Positions 39,525 to 51,100 of a stretch of DNA of 64,000 nt are shown piece after piece. This DNA is from Octopus bimaculoides (taxonomy: Eukaryota). The position numbers and the translations under genes were made by a program. The number at the start of each line of letters is the position of its first letter. The stretch's first letter is position 1. The DNA is taken from positions 32,793,799-32,857,798 of the forward strand of contig NC_068998.1 of NCBI RefSeq assembly GCF_001194135.2, given 5' to 3'. The notes under the pieces were generated by a model that was given only the letters and a program-made list of their open reading frames with translations, was not told the origin of the DNA and did no database searches.

Positions 39525-39693
39525 GCATATATATATGATGGGCTTCTTTCAGTTTCTGTCTACCAAATTCACTCACAAAGATTTGGTTGGCCCAAGGCTA
39601 TAGTAACAGACACTTGCCCAAGGTACCATGCAGTGCGACTGAACCCAGAACCATGTGGTTAGGAAGCAAGCTTCTTACTACACAGCCACTCCT
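39525..39693 (-). mobile_element. SINE family A 5' half, reverse orientation
   Basis: Reverse complement of the head: ...gaacccagaaccatgtggttaggaagcaagcttcttactacacagcc. Confidence 0.85.
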
Positions 39694-40083
39694 GTAAGTT
39701 TGATTAAATTATTTTTATTTTTAAGATAATCACACTAAATGTTTATCATTTTGTGCTGCTCAAACAATGAGTATTTCTGCCAACTGTGGTGAAAATCTGT
39801 TCAGCCATTTTCCAGTAATTTTGCAAGCACACAGACAAACAGACAAAGACAAATGATTACAATACTCCTGCTTTCACATACACGCACAGGGTAGTAATAT
39901 TCATGTTTAAGAATAATAAATTTGTCCTCTACAAAAGTATAGAGTAACTCATCAAATTAATGTAAAATTGCTTTTATTATAATCGAACATAAAAACAAAT
40001 ATTAACACACACATACACACACACACACACACATGCACATACACACACACATGCACATACACATACATTTTTCACAATTGAAC

Positions 40084-40098
40084 TTGTATTTAGAAGTC

Positions 40099-40152
<54 letters not shown>

Positions 40153-40167
40153 CATCATCATCATTAT
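40084..40167. repeat. (ATT)n/(ATC)n microsatellite
   Basis: Visible in the sequence. Confidence 0.95.
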
Positions 40168-40227
40168 TGAATTGTTAGCGATAAATCTCATCTGTATTAA
40201 TATTAATCTCTTGGGAACATACTGAAC

Positions 40228-40424
40228 TATGATGCGGTGCTGAAAAGTTCCTCACTTCAGGAAGAGGCCTAGTTGGAGGCCCAACCTTCTGAGTTCTTTG
40301 AAAAACTGAAGGACCACTGCAATAAGTGTTGTGAATCTGAGAGGAATGTGTTGAATAAAATCATAATTAACTGAACCTCCTGTATTTTCTTTTACCCAAA
40401 GCCAGGAATTTTTCAGCAGCCTCT
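40228..40424. mobile_element. Short mariner-derived MITE
   Basis: TIR-like gctgaaaagttcct / aggaatttttcagcagc; the interior resembles a mariner 3' end. Confidence 0.6.
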
Positions 40425-41089
40425 AGCAGAGATTTACTGGAGTCAATTGAATAAAACTTGGTACATTATTGATACTTATTTTATTGATCCTAGAATGGTG
40501 ATATTTAGAGTCAACTCTATCAAGATTTCAACTTGGAACTTAGAAAGAGGAAACTCTATCATTTATATAACATTTTTCCATAGATAATTAGAATTAAAAG
40601 ATATTTAGATATATTTTTTGTATAGAATCTGTACTTTAGGCCATTAGAGTTTATATATGAGCTTTCAATTCGCCACTATCAATATAATAATTCAAACGAC
40701 AAGATCATTTAAGATCACATCATTATTGATTTTACCATAATATTATCTGAATCCTATATCACTGAAGTGATGTTATTTATCTTACTCTTGATTATCAAGG
40801 GTAGCATCAGTTGCTTCTGTTTAATCTTGGCTGAAGTCTTATCCATTAATGATATTTTAGAGAACCACTGACCATCAAATAGATGGCAAAATAGTTTAAA
40901 ACTATAAGTATTTAGAAATTGTCAGTTTTTCTTAAGTGTAATTTGTCCATTCAAATTCAGCAGAGGTTACATCAGAGAGTCTGACTTGTAAATTAGTGCT
41001 TATAATAAAATCAACAGCTACAGTTCTATAGGTTGTTTGGTTGGTTGGCTGATTAGAAGTAACTAAAATATCAGCCATTTCCATATTCC

Positions 41090-42120
41090 TGCAGTTTGGA
41101 ATAACTTTACTTTGAAAATTCTCAAATATTTGACTGAAATTCATTACTCTGTAACAAACACAGTACTTTATAATAAACACACCATCCAGCACTGTGACAA
41201 ACTGATCTACAATGTCAGTTTTGACAACTCCAGCTGGCAACAGATCAAATAGTCTATTAGATTTGATCAGATTGGTCTCTGGTCTGCAGTGGACCTGGCT
41301 CTGCTGGTTGATCTATCCTCAATCTCCTCCTGTTGGACCTGTATTGGTAAAATACTCCATGGGATAGCTGAACCTGATGTGACCCAGGCAATGGAATCAG
41401 CCCTTGCTGGTTGGACTGCTGATGGACTCGCCATCCCCGAGAATATAGATGTCCAATGCAACTGGGGCAACATCAGCTGCAAGTCCTCCCTCGAATGGCT
41501 TGAAACATTGTCTGCCTCCATTCCACCTTGCAACCAACAAGCAGTGCATGGCTCAGTTCTGTGCCCTCAATATCTACTGTTATCTGGGTGGCCCAACGCC
41601 TCAGTCTATGCATGTATGAGCTGCACAAACATTGCTACAAATTGGTAGTAGACGAATTCAGCTTCATCCTTTATCCTGCAGACTTGGCTGATTCTCCCAA
41701 CATACCACTCAAAATGACATAATCAGAAGGGGCCTTGAAATGGCTGGCTTCCTATCTCAACTCCAGCACCTGCTTCCCATTCAAGGGAGGTAGACCCCCT
41801 AGTCTGGGATGTGATATGTAGTGACATGTTCTCTAGTTCCAAACTTTCAGCATCTGTTGCAAATTCTAGTGTCATTGCCTATAATGTAGAAAAGAGAAAA
41901 ATCAATAAGTACAGGCACCTGCTATCAGTTTGTGTCAGTTACTGTCAAGACATTAGGTATTCTAGGACTCCATACTACTACCTTCCTCTGCAAAATAGGG
42001 ATAACAGTGGTCTATCAGAGAAATGAGCCCTGCAAGGTGAAGTGACTACTACAGCGATTGTCACTGACCATTCTCTGTGGCAATGCTATTGCAGTCATTA
42101 CTGCAGGGCATGGTTGAGCA
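41090..42120 (+). mobile_element. Decayed CRE-like non-LTR retrotransposon (RT thumb and RLE region)
   Basis: Pieces NVSFDNSSWQQ...IGLWSAVDLAL; IPENIDVQCNWGNISCK; HPLSCRLG...NDIIRRGLEMAGF; WDVICSD...EKRKINKY; QRLSLTIL.GNA. These match recalled CRE motifs (NDII.RAL..AG, WD.TC.D, QRLS..IQRGNA). Confidence 0.75.
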
Positions 42121-42750
42121 CTCCACTTGTTTTGGGATATGTAGCCCTTTGCCCCCCTCTCTCTGCCTTCTGCAACTTTGTTCCCACCTTTTCTTTCTTT
42201 TTTATTTTATTTTCCTTTATATTTTAAAGTGTTTAATAGTAAAGTATTGCCTTCAAATTCTAAAAATAAAAATTAAACCAACTCATTAGTCTATTATGAA
42301 CATAGTGTGCAATGATGGAACACATATTCTTATGTCTATAACTTGTTATTTAGTCTTGATATAGAACAATATTTGATTATTAATTCATGCACCTAAAATG
42401 GATAATGATTCTATTAGATTCCATGTTAGTCATAGCATTTTATAAATAAATTTTGTAATTAGGTATGGCTTTTATTCAACTTTTATAAACATAAGAAGAT
42501 TGTTAATAGATATCTGCAGTCAATTTATAATAAAAAAATGTAATCTTTATGCTAATAATGATTTTTCATTAAGGATTGCTTACATCCAAGAGAAGACATT
42601 ATTATCTTCCTACATGCATATATATAAAAAAGTTCAAATGTTGAACAGTTTTTTAACCCATGCTTCAGAAAGCCTACTAAGAAACAACGTTTGTTGCAAC
42701 ATTGAATATGAAAAACAAAATAAAAATACTGGAAAATAATCTTGGCAATG

Positions 42751-42752
<2 letters not shown>

Positions 42753-42781
<29 letters not shown>

Positions 42782-42788
42782 CATACAT

Positions 42789-42835
<47 letters not shown>

Positions 42836-42858
42836 TGCACACACACACACACACACAT
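42753..42858. repeat. (TACA)n(CA)n microsatellite
   Basis: Visible in the sequence; directly abuts the 5' truncation point of the R4-like element. Confidence 0.95.
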
Positions 42859-43632
42859 CATAAGCAGTTTGTCCGAAAATGTCATCACAGTATTATCTAC
42901 TGATGAGACATGATGTAGCTAGGACACTTTATAATGAAATCTGTCAGAAGGATAACCTTGAGGACAAAGAAATATAAACCCATGGTATGGTAGAAGCCAT
43001 AGCCACTCATGATAAAAAGGAATACTGGTGGAATGTCCCAGCTCAATAAAATGTAAGCACAACAGACCTGATATAATGATTTGGGTTAGAGAACAGAAAC
43101 TGTGTACAGTTGTGGAAATTAGCTGCCCAGCGGATGTTAACATAAAGCTGAAGATCAGTCACAAAGAGAATACCTACGCTGAACTATTGAGAAATCTCCA
43201 GTTACTCCATCCAGATTACAAGTTCTGGTTTATACCTGTAATTATTGGGACCCTGGAATATGTAACACACTGCCTAAATACCAATCTTAAGGAATTAGGC
43301 TTCTCAAAACCAGAAAGGAGGAAGCTATTTTGAAGGCTACAAATCCAATCCTTCACTGGAACTGTAAAAATCTGTAAAACTTTCCAGAAGTTTATCATTT
43401 AAATATATATGAGCATGTCTAGATGTGCAACTATATGCATGAGAATATATACATAAAGCAAAACATACAAATCTGCACATATACATACATACAAACAAAA
43501 TACCCTATTGTTGATGTTGAAATTCCAATAAAGAAGCCTTGGATCTAGGCTAGAAACTGGTTCTTTCTCTATTGGCAAGAAATCTTGAAATAAAACTGAA
43601 CAATGACACATACATACATACATACATACATA
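42856..43632 (+). mobile_element. 5'-truncated R4/Dong-like non-LTR retrotransposon (RLE domain, 3'UTR, (TACA)n end)
   Basis: Frameshifted HIISS(C)PKMSSQYYLLMRHD.VARTLY; CKHNRPDIMIW...VVEISCPADVNI..KI..KENTY..L...IPVIIGTL (PD..E.K endonuclease). Confidence 0.85.
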
Positions 43633-44701
43633 TTGCTTGTTATTAGCAGATGAAACATGTTATAGGGAAGGTTTATCTCATGTAATAACTTAGGTATGCA
43701 GCTTTGATATCAGGTTATATAAATAAGTTTAACATAGCTTAAATTTTTAATTCATTATCAAGTCACCAGTAGTAGCTACATAACCAAAAATAGGTCTGCA
43801 ACACAGCCCAGAGCCATGAGATATTCCAATCTCAATTCTGAAAGGCATCAAAACAATTCTGTTGAACATTGAAACAGTTTGGTCTAGAATATATATTTAT
43901 CTTACAGTGAACTGAACCATCAGGTCTTCCTGCCTTGTATATAAACATTTGTCATAGAAAGAAAGAGCAATATTTATAGATATGCAGATCCTCTCTGATT
44001 GGATAAAATGTTTTAGTTAATATTCAGCTTGAGAGGGTGAGTTATTAGGCATTCAAGCTTCACTTGAATAACAGTGGGGTCAATAACTAAATGTGGCTAA
44101 TTGTTTGATCCCTTGATCATGTGGCTATTTTGCGTGTCTCAGATGGGAACTTAAAAATATTAAAAAATACATATTAGTGACAGAGGCAGTATTAATACCG
44201 AGAGGTAATATTTATTCTCATTCGAATGTGGATGCTGTGGTAGATACCATGAAAGAAATTCTCATATTGGCTTTTGGAGAAAAGTGGGGAGATAAATCCC
44301 TGCCACCTCCAATACTGAAACCACCAGATCACATGATTTTGATCTTCCTTGGTCTTGTCAGTGATGGATGCTCAACTGCTAGAGATAGCAGTGACTCATC
44401 TCCCCACCAGTGATATATAGAAAAACAGTGCCAGAATGAGTGCTGGTGTTGTGATTAGCCAGTGAGCTTGTTAGAGCAACTGTTACTGAAAAAATGTGTA
44501 ATATTACTTGATTATAGTAGTAGCAGTTGTAGTAGTAGATATAATAGTAATAGTTAGGTAGCAGCAGTCATATTTGTGCCTAACACTTCATGTATGTAAA
44601 TGTGTCTTTCTTAGTAAGTACACAGGCATGTTAAAGGAAAGTGCTTACCTGTGAATACTCTCCTTGTCCCCCTTTGTGTATATACCCATGTACATATCTG
44701 C

Positions 44702-44734
<33 letters not shown>

Positions 44735-44964
44735 TAAAGTGTATGAGTGTGTTTGTGAATGTCATTGTGCATATGTATGCTTGTTTGTAGATGTGTGCAG
44801 ACATTCATTAAAATATACATTACTGTGTACATGCATGTATGTGTATGTCATAAATCAAACCTATAGCATATATATGTTTGTTCAGCAATTCATACTTGCC
44901 CTGTATCTCACTATTCTTACTCACTTTATGGTATTGCATTATTTTTTTCCATATAATTTTTGCT

Positions 44965-46200
44965 ATTAGAGTGATGAATCATGCCTATCAGTGCATTTGA
45001 CTATATTCTCTTTTATTTTCTACAATGTTCTTCCATATATCTGGTAGACTTGCAAGGCCCTTCTTCCAAAATTCACTTGTCCAGGATGAAAAATACTCCT
45101 CCAGTACTGTTCTGACTTTGTCTACAAAACTTGTATTTTTTCCATCCAAATGATTTTGAAGACTGTGAAATAAATGATAATCAAATGGGGCAATGTCCAG
45201 CGAATATGGTGGGTGGGGCATCGTTTTCCATTCAAACTGCTTCAACCTTTGGAATGTCATCCTTGCTGTATGTGGCCAAGCATTATCCTGATGGAAGAAC
45301 ACCTTTTGTCTTGATACTAAAGATGGTCATTTGTCATCTAGTGCTGACTTAAGCCACTCAAGCTGCTTGCAGTAGATCTCCTCTGTTATCGTTTGGTTTG
45401 GGCTTAAAAGTTCAAAGTCGGCTAAACCTATCATATCCCATCAAACAGATAACAGCGCCTTACGTGGGTGTAGACCTTCTTTAGCCTGGTGTACCGCTGT
45501 TTCTCCTTTCCCTACCCACTGTCTTTGGCGGCTGACATTTTTATAGAGAGCCCATTTCTCATCACCAGTCACTATTCGGTCCAAAAAAGGTTCATTCATG
45601 AGATGTAACAGCAAAGAAGAGCACACATTCACTCTCAGCGCACAATTAGACTCAGAAAGTTTGTGAGGAACTCATTGACCAAATTTGCTGACTTTTCTGA
45701 TGGCATGCAGGTGTCAATGAATGGTTGAATGACCTAATCCAAGCTTCTCTGCTAGTTCCTCAACAAATATGATGGGATTTTGTTCCATCAGGGTTTGCAG
45801 ATATCCTCATCGAGCTCTAAAGGTCTTCCAGGATTAGGCTCATCTTCTAGGCTGAAGTTTCCAGCTCAGAATTTCTGGAACCATTGCTGACACTGGTTTA
45901 CACTTCCTGTTTGATCCCCATATACTGCATTAATATTCCTCACACTTCCTGTTGTGTTGCCTTTATCGAACTCATACAGCAAAATATGCCGAATATGCTC
46001 CTTTGACACTTCCATTATAGTTTTGAAAAATAACTGTTAAAATCGAAATGCACTCTTCAAAACTTGCATTAAGAATAAGGACCAAGATGAAATTACCACC
46101 TGCTTTCATAGCAAGTTGGTGCATGTAGTTTATCCCATCCCCTTCCGACTTTTAGTTCATGCAATTGAAAAGACCGCATTATTTATGGGATGACCCAATA
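44965..46200 (-). mobile_element. Mariner transposon with DD34D transposase pseudogene; one clear TIR
   Basis: RIVTGDEKW...LHPRK; HQDNAWPH...HPPYSLDIAPFDYHLF..LQN. TIR accgcattatttatgggatgacccaata ends at 46200; the other end is degenerate. Confidence 0.92.
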
Positions 46201-46350
46201 CAAACATACACATGATAGCGTTTATATATATTAATGTTTGTTTTATGTGAAGTAATATATGAAAACAATAATATATATTTATTAATTTACCATGATAAAA
46301 GTCGACTGTGACTTTAAAGTTTCCATTTATCAGCTGTCATCTCATATGTA

Positions 46351-46394
<44 letters not shown>

Positions 46395-46439
46395 TATGTA
46401 CATACATACTATCTTTTATCATATGTACATACATACTAA

Positions 46440-46675
46440 CTTTTATCTTCTGTTTTTAACTTGTTTCAGTCATTTGACTGTGGCCCCAGCATCGCTTGAC
46501 AACCGATGGTAGTGTGTTTACGTCCCCATAACTTAGCAGTTCGGCAAAAGGGAACCGATAGAATAAGTACCAGGCTTCCAAAGAATAAGTCCTGGGGTCG
46601 ATTTGATCAAATAAAGGTGGTGCTCCAGCATGGCTGCAGTCAAATGACTGAAACAAGCAAAAGAGAAAGAGAAAG
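46440..46675 (+). mobile_element. SINE family A 3' half preceded by an inverted copy of its own 3' end
   Basis: cttgtttcagtcatttgactgtggcc (46459-46484) versus ggctgcagtcaaatgactgaaacaag (46632-46657). Confidence 0.8.
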
Positions 46676-46680
46676 AGAAT

Positions 46681-47071
46681 AATTAAAATAAACAATAGGA
46701 TATCAAGTAGTGATGCAATATGACCGTTTCAAGTGGCTCCATTTAATTGAACAATGCAATCATTACATCAGTTTCAATGCAGTGCCATCTTCAGTCACAT
46801 AAATAAATAAATAGAATTTTAACTAGTTGGACACATTAATATAATTTGGAAGTGTACTCTCTTCTTAGCTACAATAACAACAACAGGAATTTCTTCCATC
46901 TTCTTGCTCTGTTAAAATCATCATCTTGAGAAAAATTATATTAATGTGTCCTACTTGTTAAAACTCTTTTTGTGCAGCTGAAGATGTAATGATTGCATTG
47001 TTCAATTAAATGGAGCCACTTGAAACGGTCATATTGCATCACTACTTGACATCCTATTGCTCATTTTAATT
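46681..47071. repeat. Fold-back element: 89-bp inverted arms (86/89 complementary) around a ~213-bp spacer
   Basis: Arms at 46681-46769 and 46983-47071, compared by eye. Confidence 0.92.
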
Positions 47072-48086
47072 TTATTCACCTTACTTCGAGCTGTGAAGAT
47101 AATATTGGACTGACATGGTGCTTCAACTTAAGTACCTAATTGAACTGAATCTCAATTATATATATATATATATATATATNNNNNNNNNNNNNNNNNNNNN
47201 NNNNNNNNNNNNNNNNNNNNNNNNNNNNNNNNNNNNNNNNNNNNNNNNNNNNNNNNNNNNNNNNNNNNNNNNNNNNNNNNNNNNNNNNNNNNNNNNNNNN
47301 NNNNNNNNNNNNNNNNNNNNNNNNNNNNNNNNNNNNNNNNNNNNNNNNNNNNNNNNNNNNNNNNNNNNNNCCCCAAGTACTGGTATTGATTCATTTGACT
47401 AAAACCTTTTAAAGTAGTGCTGCATCATTGCTGGTCATTTGATGGCTTCAACAAGTAAAAGATAAAAGTTGTTCTTTAGCCACAGGTCAGGCTTTGTAAA
47501 ACAACTCTGTAATGTAAAATACCCTTAGACACAGTGCATGCTATCTGATGCATTTTTCCCTTATTTAAGATGGCAAAGTATGATTTTAAGTAGGTTTATA
47601 TAATACTTCTAGTAGAATAGCACCTGTATAAAGGCTACTTTGTTGGCTTGATTCCAATAAAGTAACATTTGTACATAGTTTAGCTGTTTGATAAATTGGG
47701 TGAATATCATCTAATGTAGCTTTGGGTTGACCAAGTAAACTGTCTATGAAATTTGGTTGTCAGAAGCTACATTGAATCCCATCTCAAGCATGTGTGTGTG
47801 TGTGTGTGTGCATTTGCATTTGAGTTTTACCTCTTTGTAGACCATAACTTAGCAGTTTGATAGAGATTGATAAAATAAATATACCAGACTAAAATACCTC
47901 CAAGGATTGATATGATTAATGGACTCACAAAAATCAGTGCCCTAGCAGTGCTTTGTGATAAGTGAAGCCAATAAAATATAAGTGATATAAAAACTATATT
48001 TCTCTCAGTTATCTGTATTGCTTTAATGTTTTAATAGTGATAACTGATGGAAACAATTAAATCAGTAAAGTTTACAATAGTTAAAC

Positions 48087-48125
<39 letters not shown>

Positions 48126-51100
48126 CGACTATTGCATCAATCCTAATATCCTAATGTAGATATGACCAAAATCTTGCAAGCATTGAAACGCGAGTGTATC
48201 TACTTCTCATTTTTGATGTGCCTGTTTACTTTTTGGTTCAAATATTCGCATCTCTTGGAAAAATATTTTGTCTGGTTTATTTTATATAAATTTAAACTTC
48301 AATCAATTCTAATTTGATATATATTTTAGCTTCAGACATAATCATAGCTTAAATTGCTAAAGAAAAATCTTCAAAAAGTGACTCAGGCGCTAAATGAGGT
48401 ATTGGATATTTTTCTTTTGATATTTGCTTCAAAAAATTAAATGAAAGATATGTTCAAATATAGAATATACTTATAAACGATGCCATTATTCCAATTAATA
48501 TGGTAAAATCTTTGTTTGTAGTATTAATAGGCTACCAATCTAGATCGTTTTATATTGGAAACCGAATATTATGTAAAATAGTTTACTTTAAAGTAGACAA
48601 AATTCTATATGTATGTATTTTCATTTCACAAATCACATTTAGAAAATTAGAATTATTTATGGTTGTAGCTTTTAAAATGAACATATTGATGGATGATTGA
48701 AATTATCTTTTTTATAAGATTTTTTTTCAGTTATATATTCACTATTAACATACTAAACTTCAACTATACTAATATGCTTCAGACAAGATGCAGATGGTTA
48801 AGGTGATGAGAAGCCAAACTGCTAGATGAATATTTAGACAGTTCATGTTCAAACACAAACTGTTCAGTATCTTCTAGCCCTTTAGCATTCAGATTGCTCC
48901 ATCGAACGTAATGCTTATTTGTTCACATTAATTGTGCATTGTGTCATAACTTCAGGATTCCAATGATGTTATAGCGGCTGTCGTTGGCTGTTATTAAATG
49001 GAAAAACAGTTAGTATGAATCACCATAAAACATTTTTGTGTATAGATATACTGTTTATTCTGTGTTCACCTTTTGTGGTGGAAGCATGTAGTATGTTACA
49101 AATGCATATGTGTTTACATACAGAGAAAGTTTTGATTTTTGCTTTTGCACTGAAAGAAGTAACATATAATGTTTGTATTACAGTATTATGCATGTGTGTA
49201 ATGAGAACAGTCATTTTGAGAATGTGTGCATGATAAAATATCTTCGCTTATGAACCATATATCTTGTGTCAAAGTGAATAGACATGTGAGTCACATGTGG
49301 GAGATTGCACATGGACCTGCAGAGAAGACATGTGTCTTTGACCAAAGCCTGGCAGGAACTGAGACCATTGGTGTCTCAGAATGAGGCTAGTCTATCAAAG
49401 CAAGGCTAGCTGCCTCATCGATATATTCGTCTGCTGTGCAGGTTGGCTCACATATTACTATGCCTAATTTATGTAGCTCTGCTACAATGTGATTGTTTCT
49501 TTTTAGAATGACATTGTAGTGAAGGTTTGACCAGCTGCATATAGCTGGTTTGAATATGAAACAGGTAGAATATGTGGGCCACATGAGGCTGGTTTGAATG
49601 CTAAAGGGTTACACAGCTTGTTGCAACATAATCACATTGGAAATAAGTACATTAGGTGCAGATTACAACAATTTGTAGCAGAATTTCAAGAAAACTAAAA
49701 GTATATTCTGTTAACTTTCAAGTGCTGAGTTTCCTCATCTATATGTCCAGAGCATAGACAAAAGGCTTTTTTCCATATACTGTTTCAATCAATTCTATCA
49801 CCATCACACAAATACATTTTAAGGTATCCCTGAACTAAATAGTTTGGTACAAAAATAACAATGATTTATAAAGATTATGTTTTGATGAAACTTTAGAGCA
49901 CCAGTGAGAGTTAACATAAATATCTAGTGTCTCACTTCTCTAACAGAAAACTGACTTTTATCATTGTCAGTGTCAGTGGCTTCGGCAGCATCGGCAACAG
50001 TGTCGGCAGTGTCAGCAGCAGTGACATTGTTGGTGTTGTCATTGTTGTTGTCATTTAATATTCATGTTCCATGCTAACATGAGTTTGACTGGTTGATAGA
50101 ATTCAGTGGATCTAAGAACTGCCTCATGTTTCAATGTTTGCTTTGGCATAGTTTTTGCAAGTGGATACCTTTTTGAAATACTGGTTTCTTTACACCATGT
50201 ACTGAGGGCATTTTTGTGACACTGGCACTAGTGAGGCTGCCATGCAGCTTGCACTACTAAGGTCACCTTTGGTTGAACTGAGCCATGCAAATTTTGTTCT
50301 CATGTAACAGTTCAAAGGAAATCAACAAACTGAAGCAGTTTCTCAACTTTCATGTTTATGCCACAACTAACTGAACATGTGTTGCTTATAATCCTTCTTT
50401 CCTTTTAGAGCTAAGAAACTTTGCTTGAGATTCAGTATTATTCTATTGAAAGTGTATGAACTAGTAAGTATGCAAAAGTTAGTTAAACAAAACTCCATCA
50501 CCATTTATATCCTTTCATATAAGTAATATCATTGGCTGATTAAATTGTCTATATTTCTTTTACAAAGTTTGTTTTGAAAGTACTTGATTTTGGGTTCAAT
50601 TTGACTGTGTAACACATTGGACAGTTACCTCCTTCTGTAACCTCAGCTTGACCAAATTCTTGGAAACTATGTGGAATTCTGTAAGAGAGGCCATTCCTGT
50701 CCTTGGGAGGCTGAATTAATCCATTACCTGGTTAAATGCCACCACTTTGTCTTTGTGTGTCTTTATAAAGCCCATTCTGTCACATGCAGTTGGAATAGGT
50801 CTCCAGTTTGAGAATAAGTTCTTCTTATCAGTGTTGGAGGACACGGAAAATGATTATGGACATTGGCCTTTCTCCTCCAACAAAATTTTATGAATAAGTA
50901 ATTTTAATTCCTTGATGCCCCACCATCAAGTTTAAAGAAAAACCTGCATTTGTTAATTTTGTGAATAAAAATGTATTTATTAATTAAGCATATAAATATG
51001 TATTTGTACTAGTATATTCATGCATTCTTAATATGTTGTAGCAGATTTGAATATGAATATCTAATTGCTGCTGTTTTTTAGCAGTGGAGAACATCTCTTG

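Noticed and set aside
43528-43564. AGCCT/AGGCT stem followed by GAAAC in the R4-like 3'UTR as a hammerhead
   Set aside because: The upstream core reads ATAAAGA rather than CTGANGA, and no stem I is evident.
44177-44413. 78-aa plus-strand ORF, or a possible endonuclease remnant on the minus strand
   Set aside because: No recognisable motif strong enough to call.
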